Shown in pieces: positions 39,581-48,896 of a stretch of DNA of 64,000 nt. The notes below the pieces were generated by a model. That model was not told the origin of the DNA and did no database searches. It saw nothing but the letters and a program-made list of their open reading frames with translations. Both the position numbers and the translations under genes were made by a program. Every line of letters starts with the position of its first letter. Positions within the stretch are counted from its first letter, which is position 1. The DNA comes from Squalus acanthias (Eukaryota), in NCBI GenBank assembly GCA_030390025.1, contig CM059433.1, positions 27,034,001 through 27,098,000 on the forward strand, written 5' to 3'.

Positions 39581-42500
39581 GCTATAATGGCTGGTATTGC
39601 TTTCCCATTAGTTTCGTAGTTACTGTTGTCACAGAGCTGGTTTTAAATTCAAGAGCCATGTTTTCCTCTCTTTGAACAAAGAGAAATGTCCATTTTCATT
39701 ATAATTTATGAAGTAGTAATGAAATTGTAGGAGCACATGGTGTTAAACATGTGGTTCCTGAAATTGTGATTTGTTAGCAGTAACAAAAAGCAAAGTCCGT
39801 CGTGACATCTGCAATAATGATCCTTTCATGCTTCTCAAGCAACACAAGTCAGTTAACCAGAATAAATGTCCCGAGGTGTTGATCCTGCTTTGGGTGCACT
39901 AGTTTAGAGTCAATGGTTCAACTAGAAATGAGAAAACCCAGATTTCCCCACATGGGCTTTCATATGCTCAGATTTATAGTTGCAGTCCTGGCATCGCTGC
40001 TTAAGAATGGTTTAATGTACAGCAAGCCATTTTTATATTTGAAAGCTAGCCAAAGCTTTCATAAAACAAGGGGGACACTAGAGCGGAGAATCATTTTTTA
40101 AATTACCTGTCAGGTTTTGTGGTTTTCCTTTTCTCCCTGGCGTAACCAGCTATCTTGGCTCCTATACTGTCCCTCTTTTTCAGTCTGCTTAATCCTTCCT
40201 CTTTCTATTACTAAAATTCCTGGCTTGGGTAATTCTGCTTTGGTGGAATCCTGCCCGCCCCAGACCCCAGGCACTCTTCTGGTGTCAAGGTCATTTAAAT
40301 ACTGTCAGTAGGATTTCTGCTGCTGGGCAGCCTTTCAGCAGGGGGCAGGGAAGGTGGCTATAGGAGAGCTTGGACAGCTAGCACAGACAGCAGACTCTAG
40401 GGTTGGCCCAAATATCTTTTATTCTAAAAAAGGTACCACATTGGCCTTTGCAATGGCTCACCATGTGATCGATTGCATGTGGTAAGGTGGCCCTTTTAAA
40501 TATCTTGCCACCATAGTAACTCTGGATACCAGGAATGCACCAGCTTCCCGAGCATTCCAATTTTGCTAGGGCACAAATGATGGGAAATATGAGATGATTT
40601 ACTTTCTGTACATGATTTTACAATGAATTTAAATATTCTAATTTATACTTCCTGGTTTAGACACTGCGGCCCAGAAATTGGGCAACTTACAGCCACCCTT
40701 TAGCGCTGGAATCCTAGCGAAAAATGGCAGCCGCCACTCTAACGACTGTCTCTGGTGTGGGGCTTGGCGGCTGCCATTTTGGGGAGGGCCTTAGCGGGCT
40801 GGCCCTGGAGATGCAAATGGAGAGCGTGATGCCAGTCGATGTGCAACGCCTAATTAACGTCACGCTCTGCGAACTTATACCTTACCGCTGAGTTTAGCGC
40901 TGGCTCCTAAGCTTGTTCTGAAACGTGAACGTGCAGCAGACTGACAGAGACGCTGTCAGCACTTCTTAAAGAGACACACATATCTTTCAGGCAAGTTTGC
41001 ATTTAAGTTTTTGGACTGGATATTTTTATTTTATTGAAGTAGTGGCTTGGTGCAATGCATGTTAAAAGTTTTTGAAGTGTGCAGGGAGTGCTGCTGGATG
41101 CTTACAAGGCCTCGGATGATAAAGGAAGGCCTCTGAGAAGATAGAAAATGCTGGAAATACTCAGCGGATCAGCCAGCATCCGTGGAGAGAGAAACAGAGT
41201 CCACAGGTCGAGATGCTGCCTGACCATTTTATGCTTTTATTTCAGATTTACAGCATCCACTCGCAGAATGAAGAGGAAGATGCAGAAGAAGAAGATGGAG
41301 AAGAGGAGGAAGCAGAAGAGGAGGAAGCAGAAGAGGAGGAAGCAGAAGAAGAGGAAGCAGAAGGAAGGATGCAACCCAGACAGCCCTTTTGTAACCGGGA
41401 TATCCTGGATGGAATCATCCGTCTGTGGTACCAGTGACCACAACCCCAATTCCCCTTTCAACATTTATCCCACACTTTCCCTTCCCTCTGTTACTCTGTT
41501 CTTCTTGGCCACAATGCTAAAATAAAAGCCACCACAAATCCAACTTTATACATCTATCCATCCAATATGACATCAAGAAATCAACTCATCACCCTTATGC
41601 ATTCCCTTAGTGACTGTCTTGTATGTGTCTTTGCCTATCCTGCTGATGTCACACAGTGCTACCCCAGTGGCTGCAGCATGGCTGGTGGAAGGCTGCTGAC
41701 TTTCAGTGGGGCACACTGCAAATGGCCTTGCTGGTCGACCTTGAGGAGCTGATGGCTGGAAGTGTGAAATCGAGTGACGTTGTTTCTTCTTCTTCTTCTT
41801 CACGCTCCTCTCTCTTTTGGTCAACCACTGGCTGGGCAGGCTGCATTTCTTGGGTGTGTGAAACGAGGATGGAGTTGTGGTGAGGGGAGGGCAGGAAAGC
41901 AAGAGGTGCATGCAAGAAGGAGGCTAACGTATGAGGATAACAGCATCTTGTATCCTTTCAGCCCCGCCGCTGGCCAAGGGCTCAGCCATGTCACTGCCGA
42001 GAATGGCCAGCACTGCCTCCTCCAAGACGGTGAGTTGAAGCTAGGAATGGGAGGTATGCCTCGTGTTTGGTAGAGATTGTTGGTAGGTGAGTGTTGGGGC
42101 GGGCGGGGGCTGCATTGAGCAGTGTGTGAGGCTAGTGGTGCAGTTGGTAGGAGACGGCTTTTGAAGATGCATTCACTGACCTTGACCACTGGTCTGAGGT
42201 CATGAAGCTTCTTTGGGCACTGGAGCCAGGTCGTGGGGGAGACACTGCTGGCAGTGATGGCCTCGGTGATCTAGTCCCACATCCTTCTTTCTGGAGGGCC
42301 TCCTGGCCCTTATGGGTAAAATAGGGCCTCTCTTGCAGTGTTGACTCCCTGCACAAAGCTGGAGTGCTGCGTGCGAGACCCCGGGTGCCTCTTCCTTGGC
42401 TTGCTGAACCATTTGTGTTAGTGCTGAAGCACTTTTAGCACTTTTTTTTTAGGTGTGGAAGGCAATTCAGCTTTAAGAGCTGCAGACTCCCATTTGGGAA

Positions 42501-43274
42501 TTCTTTTTAATGTTAATTTTTTTCAGAAGGCAGTTAAGCTGTAAGGGCTAAAAACTGCCTATTTTTACATGCTTTTTATTTTTTACATTTCAGAAGGCAG
42601 TTCCTCTTTAAGGGACCGAACTGCTTTCTGAAATGACAGCATTGCTTTAAGAGAAGGCTGTCTTGCTGCAATGATGTGTAGGATAGGGTGTATTTGTATG
42701 ATTTAGTAAAACATTTTTGTATAACTATAATATGTGAAATTGTATGTTAAAAGCCTAAAAGCCTGTATAAAATGGCGAATGGCTGAGAGAAAAGCAGGAT
42801 GGGAAATTGTGCTAACCTGACTGAAACTCGCTCTGTTTGCAATTACTGAAGTAATGGAATGTAATGCTAAGTTTATGGAGACTATCAGGGAGGTGGTATT
42901 CAGTAATGTGATAGAAAAGAGATAAGAGTTGGAGAAGAGAGAGAGATGAGAGAAGCACCCCTCAGTGATACTACTATAAAATGGACAGTTTGTTTAGACA
43001 ACATCTTAGGAAATGGTCTTTGGAAAGAGAGGGCTGGATTTTCATTGACCCGTGGAGGCGGGTTTGGAGGCGTGTGGGGGGTTAAAGTTGCAGATTCGGG
43101 GGTCCCGAACCCATCCCGCCCCATGCCAGTTTCGCTGGAGGCGGGTCCCCGACCTGTGCTGGGACCCGCCTCCCCAAGGCGGGAAGGCGATTAGTGACAA
43201 TTAACTGCCTGTTAACAGGTAAAAAGTGAGAAGTCGCACAACACCAGGTTATAGTCCAACAGTTTTATTTGAAA

Positions 43275-43312
43275 TCACAAGCTTTCGGAGCGGCTGCTCC
43301 TTCGTCAGGTGA
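43275..43312 (-). ncRNA. Minimal type I hammerhead ribozyme (inverted arm copy, sense to the collagen pre-mRNA)
   Basis: Exact reverse complement of 45505-45542. Confidence 0.8.
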
Positions 43313-44412
43313 AGTAAAGGAATACAAATCGACAAAGCATATATAGATAGAGAACAATGCATGTGAAGCGTACAATGGCAGACGACTACATTTAATCCTC
43401 CTGACTGCCTTTTGTCACACCTCGGCAGATAAACAATCAGGTCAGCCAGGAAGGCACCACATCAAAGACATAGCAAGATACAACTGAGACAATGAGGTGG
43501 GGTTACAGGGGGTCTAATGTGTCAAAAGCTGCAATCGGTATGGAAAACGATAAACTTTAAAATTTTTACTTATTTTTACTGGAAATCACATCTGAACAAG
43601 CCAACGACGACTCGAGTCTGGATGACTCTACGTCATGTATCGTGACATGAACCCAAGATCCCGGTTGAGGCCGTCCTCATGAGTGCGGAACTTGGCTATC
43701 AGTTTCTGCTCGATGATTTTGCGTTGTCATGTGTCTCTAAGGCCGCCTTGGAGAACGCTTACCCGCAGATCCGAGGCTGAATGTCCTTGACTGCTGAAGT
43801 GTTCCCCGACTGGGAGGTAACAATCCTGCCTGGCGATTGTTGCGCGGTGTCCGTTCATACGTTGTCTCAGTGTCTGCATGGTCTCGCCGATGTACCATGC
43901 CGCGGTGCATTCTTTCCTGCAACTTATCAGGTAGACAACGTTGGCCGAGTCACATGAGTATGTACCATGTACCTGGTGGGTAGTGTCCTCACGTGTGATG
44001 ATGGTATCTGTGTTGATGATCTGGCATGTCTTGCAGAGGTTGCCGTGGCAGGGTTGTGTGGTGTCGTGGTCGCTGTTATCCTGAAAGCTGGGTAATTTGC
44101 TGCGAACGATGGTACTTCTGGGGTTAGGCGGCTGTTTGAAGGCAAGTAGTGGAGGCGTGGGGATGGCCTTAGCGAGGTGTTCGTCGTCATCGATGACATG
44201 TTGAAGGCTGCGAAGAACATGGCGTAGTTTCTCCGCTCCGGGGAAGTACTGGACGACGTAGGGTACCCTGTTGGTTGTGTCCCGTGTTTGCCTTCTGAGG
44301 AGGTCTATGCAATTTTTCGCTGTGGCCCGTCGGAACTGTAGATCGATGAGTCGAGTGTCATATCCCGTTCTTACGAGGGCGTTTTTCAGCGTCCGTAGGT
44401 GTCCATCGCGTT

Positions 44413-45189
44413 GGACACCTACGGACGCTGAAAAACGCCCTCGTAAGAACGGGATATGACGCTCGACTCATTGATCGACAGTTCCGACGGGCCACAGCGA
44501 AAAATCGCATAGACCTCCTCAGAAGGCAAACACGGGACACAACCAACAGGGTACCCTACGTCGTCCAGTTCTTCCCCGGAGCGGAGAAACTACGCCATGT
44601 TCTTCGCAGCCTTCAACATGTCATCGATGACGACGAACACCTCGCTAAGGCCATCCCCACGCCTCCACTACTTGCCTTCAAACAGCCGCCTAACCCCAGA
44701 AGTACCATCGTTCGCAGCAAATTACCCAGCTTTCAGGATAACAGCGACCACGACACCACACAACCCTGCCACGGCAACCTCTGCAAGACATGCCAGATCA
44801 TCAACACAGATACCATCATCACACGTGAGGACACTACCCACCAGGTACATGGTACATACTCATGTGACTCGGCCAACGTTGTCTACCTGATACGTTGCAG
44901 GAAAGAATGCACCGCGGCATGGTACATCGGCGAGACCATGCAGACACTGAGACAACGTATGAACGGACACCGCGCAACAATCGCCAGGCAGGATTGTTAC
45001 CTCCCAGTCGGGGAACACTTCAGCAGTCAAGGACATTCAGCCTCGGATCTGCGGGTAAGCGTTCTCCAAGGCGGCCTTAGAGACACATGACAACGCAAAA
45101 TCATCGAGCAGAAACTGATAGCCAAGTTCCGCACTCATGAGGACGGCCTCAACCGGGATCTTGGGTTCATGTCACGATACATGACGTAG
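44413..45189 (+). pseudogene. Penelope ORF C-terminal fragment (GIY-YIG endonuclease); mirrored on the minus strand at 43628-44404
   Basis: GHLRTLKNALVRTGY...PCHGNLCKTC...NVVYLIRCRKECTAAWYIGETMQTLRQRMNGHR...VGEHF; premature TGA at 45088-45090 present in both arms. Confidence 0.88.
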
Positions 45190-45504
45190 AGTCATCCAGA
45201 CTCGAGTCGTCGTTGGCTTGTTCAGATGTGATTTCCAGTAAAAATAAGTAAAAATTTTAAAGTTTATCGTTTTCCATACCGACTGCAGCTTTTGACACAT
45301 TAGACCCCCTGTAACCCCACCTCATTGTCTCAGTTGTATCTTGCTATGTCTTTGATGTGGTGCCTTCCTGGCTGACCTGATTGTTTATCTGCCGAGGTGT
45401 GACAAAAGGCAGTTAGGAGGATTAAATGTAGTCGTCTGCCATTGTACGTTACACATGCATTGTTCTCTATCTATATATGCTTTGTCGATTTGTATTCCTT
45501 TACT

Positions 45505-45542
45505 TCACCTGACGAAGGAGCAGCCGCTCCGAAAGCTTGTGA
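45505..45542 (+). ncRNA. Minimal type I hammerhead ribozyme (Penelope pLTR)
   Basis: UCAC-CUGACGA-A-GGAGC agcc GCUCC-GAA-AGCU-U-GUGA: conserved core, stem II, palindromic stem III, stem I UCAC/GUGA. Confidence 0.8.
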
Positions 45543-47450
45543 TTTCAAATAAAACTGTTGGACTATAACCTGGTGTTGTGCGACTTCTCACTTTTGTCCA
45601 CCCCAGTCCAACACCGGCATCTCCGCATCATGTTAACAGGTAGTTAACAGGCAGTTTTTTGCCTAATCCCTATTTTAAAAGCTGAAATGTGGGCTTCCCG
45701 ACAGGTCCCAACCAGGCCAAGTTAGCGAGGCGGACCATGAGTCTTCAGGGGTTGGAGGGGTCGATATGTCCGGTGGGCAGGTGAGTGATGGGTGCATGTG
45801 TGCAGAGGTAAGTGTGTAAGTTAAGTGTAAAGTGTGGAAAAAAGTTTTACCTACCTTAACTTCCTCCTGCAGGTGTCAGCCCTTCAGGTCTCGGGAGTCA
45901 GAAATCTCACCGGCACAGAAAGCACAATGGTCGTGGTGCTGTCAAAAACTGCAGCCTTCTGCTTTCTGTGCTGGAATGATTTCTAACTCAGCCTGAGAGG
46001 AAGAACTCAAGTTAGAAGACAGATTATCAGTGTTTGACAGCTTCACAGAGCTGTCAAACGCTGATATTTCATCTGTCAAAAGCTCTTGACAGATGAAATG
46101 TCAATCTGTGACGTCACCTGTTGCCGGGTGGCCCTTAATTGGCCTGCTGAGCTCACTGGGCGGGCTCAACAAGGTCAATCAAGTGAAAATGCAGTGGGTT
46201 GGTCACAAGTTGATGGAGGCGGGACTACAACCCAAAAAGTGGGAGTCCCGCCTCCATCACGTCCCCAGTATCAAAATCCAGCCCAGAATATCTAAAGTTA
46301 AAAGGGCCCTTTGATATGCACAAAGCGAGTCCGAGTGGGATCAACAAGGTCGTAAAACATGTACCAGGTGTCGGATAGCTGTTTGCAGTCACGTAGGAAG
46401 AGGGAAAAAAGGTGTATAAAGATACGGATTTTGAACATTGAAGGCAGCGCGAACCAGAGTTGAAGAAGCTTCAGTCGACAGAACACAGCAAGAAACCAGA
46501 GAAGCGAGCTTCAGTTGAGAGAAAACAGCAAGAGAAGAAAGAGACCGCGCCACAGTCGCTCGGAAGGAACGCCGAGGCTCAAACGAACAAGACTGTGACT
46601 ATCTCCTTGTTAAGTATTACTTCTTTGTACTGGATGTTTAATGCTTAATAAACCTGTTTTACTTATACACAATATACCTGTACCCAGAGTGGTTTGTGTA
46701 GTCACGGACAAATTATTATAAGAGCTTTTGGAAGCTACAGACGCTACGGCCACAGTACACTGGGGCCTCCTGCTGGAACTAATGCCACCAGAACAGCGTT
46801 GCATGGTAAGTTTAGTGCTGGGCTAATGTTAATTAGCCACCAGCACCAATTTACCGGTCCTGCCAGCGCCATCATTTTCGGTGGTCGTTAACACCGGCCC
46901 GCGGTGGCACCGGCAGGTTTTTACCAATAATCGAATTTCTAGGCCTGCGTGTCCCAGTGAGGATTCTTCAATCTGATTGGTTAAAGAGCCTCGTTGTTGC
47001 TTGATCTGCTCACAGACGCCACATATTCCCTGGAGAGGGCACTGTGATGGATCAGACGCCCAATGACAGCAAATCTATGCTCAAAAGCCCGTGAAAACTC
47101 TGTGGGCAGCTGTCAGCGTAGTGAACGGCGAGCGCCATTCCTTCGCTGCTGACTGCAAATTGCACCTGTTGGGGCTTCTTGGGTAGGATCCTGAGATGAC
47201 TAGACAGAGCGCCTGCCTGTTTCAGGTAAGAGGCCACTTGTTAGATGTAAATCAGGGTTCTATAATGTACATAGAACCCCGATTGCAATATGGAGGGACA
47301 ACTGGGAGCGCATACGTTCCAACCATTTTTTGGGTTGAGCAGCCTAACCAACAGTCCTTAAAGGGACTGCTGGAAGCCACTCAGAAAACAGCCGAACTTT
47401 AAAAAAATCTTTTATTTTTGTAGGGCCAGGAAGAGTAGCGTGCTCCTTCT

Positions 47451-47875
47451 AGTGTCAGCCGTGAGTCAAAAGTTTGTGGATTCAAGTCCCACTCCAGAGA
47501 CTTGAGCACACAATACAGGCTGACACTCCAGTGCAGTACTGAGGGAGTGCCGTCGTTCAGATGAGACGTTAAGCTAAGGCCCCATCTGCCCTCTCAGGTA
47601 GATGTAAAAGATCCCATGACACTATTTCAAAGAAGAGCTGAAAAATTCTCCCCGGTGTTCTGGCCAATATATAACCCTCAATTAACACCACTAAAACAGA
47701 TTATCTGGCCATTATCACATTGCTGTTTGTGGGAGCTTGCTGTGCGCAAATTGGCTACCATGTTTCCTACATTATAACAGTGACTAAACTTGAAAAGTAC
47801 TTCATTGGTTGTAAAGTGCTTTGGGACGTCCTGAGGTCATGAACGTTGCAATAGAAAAGCAAGTTCTTTTTTTTT
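47451..47875 (+). mobile_element. Deu-domain tRNA-derived SINE (SacSINE1-like)
   Basis: Collinear with 25718-26175, A box partly deleted. Confidence 0.8.
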
Positions 47876-48896
47876 TCCTTCTGGGTCCATAAAAATACTC
47901 CGGCCCACTGCCAGCCTGCACAAGGCCCTCCCTTCCCAGGTTACTGCTGCCGGTTCGGCTCCTATGTGGAGCTGGATAGTTCCTGCTGCCCCCAACCAGC
48001 GAGCTGCCTCAGAGTGCAGGTTTAGCACAGTGCAGAGTCTACTAATATCCCCAGATCATTCCACTGCACACGTAGCCAGTGCATATTGGAATATTGTTGG
48101 CTTCCACTGATTTCCAATACACATTGGCTGCATGCAAGGTGTGGCTCTCATTAAAAAAAAACTATTTTGTCCAACTGCTTTGTAGGTCCCTGGCTACATT
48201 CTCAGATTCAGTTGCCTCTTTCTAGTTTGGTCAAATTCAGAGGCGATAGCAATTTGCATTCTGCTGCTGAATCCAGGTTGTTAAACCAGTTGGGATCTGA
48301 ACACCTGAGGACTATACTCAGCACCTTTTCTCATCCTGGCAGCACTCCCCTAACAAGTGCGTGCTACTTCCAATCCTTCAGCTGATTTCTCATCCTGTCC
48401 TAGATTTTCACTTGAATCCCCATCATTTCGAGCATAATTAGCAGCCTTTCAAAGTTTAGATATGCTGTAGGGAGTTCTACAGTTAACTTGGGATATGCTG
48501 GCATTCAATTACTCTTGTTGACAACAAAACAATGCAAAATAAAAATGCTACCATTTTACAGTACTATTATAAAGTATAGTTCCTTGGTAATGATCACAAA
48601 GCAGTAATCTCATCTTAACAGCAGTTATAAATTGTTCCAATTTTATTGGCCGTGCTTTAAGACTTAATTGAACCTCTCAATCAGATTATACTGCTAAATC
48701 ACTCCTGAGGATCTCCGATCTGTGAACCTTTAAATATTAATGCACAAATAATCAAGTGAATGAATGGTTCTCCAGATAGCCTGGAGGGGAATTATACTGC
48801 CCAGTGCGGTACTCAGATATTTAGGCATCCCTAAAAATGAGGTGCCAACCTGGTGAAGCTACAACACAGGACTACATGCATTCTAATGCATATTAA

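Larger units (their letters stand above)
43222..45630. mobile_element. Penelope-like element (Neptune-type, 5'-truncated) inserted as a head-to-head palindrome
   Basis: Arms 43222-44405 and 44412-45595, 35-bp 3' tail, 12-bp TSD tgttaacaggta; each arm encodes the RT thumb/linker, a CxxxxCxxC motif and a GIY-YIG endonuclease (VVYLI...WYIGET). Confidence 0.93.
43031..46284. mobile_element. Harbinger-type MITE, family C, split by a Penelope insertion
   Basis: Perfect 12-bp TIR gggctggatttt / aaaatccagccc, TSD AGA. Confidence 0.9.
42677..46739 (+). mobile_element. Solo LTR (about 806 bp of own sequence), split by a MITE
   Basis: Ends TGTAG...CTACA, TSD GATG/GACG (one CpG-type change), TATAAA near 46415 and AATAAA near 46647. 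Confidence 0.72.
40668..46945. mobile_element. Non-autonomous Harbinger element (about 2.2 kb of own sequence) hosting three nested insertions
   Basis: TIR ggcc(c/t)agaaatt, TSD TGC (40665-40667, 46946-46948); acidic transposase C-terminal remnant (+, about 41255-41437) and Myb remnant (-, about 42170-42412). Confidence 0.83.

Noticed and set aside
41148..41525. Lys/Arg-rich or Glu-rich small protein
   Set aside because: It is a GAA/GAG-rich repeat representing the acidic tail remnant of a Harbinger transposase.
43737..45080. Identical ORF pairs on opposite strands (61, 62 and 97 aa) as duplicated small genes
   Set aside because: They are off-frame or antisense readings of the Penelope palindrome; the real frame is the GIY-YIG ORF.
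43222..45595. Palindrome as a pure assembly artefact
   Set aside because: The arms differ at about ten sites, the flanks are unique, and a 12-bp TSD and a one-sided tail fit a real Penelope insertion. Long-read confirmation is still advisable.
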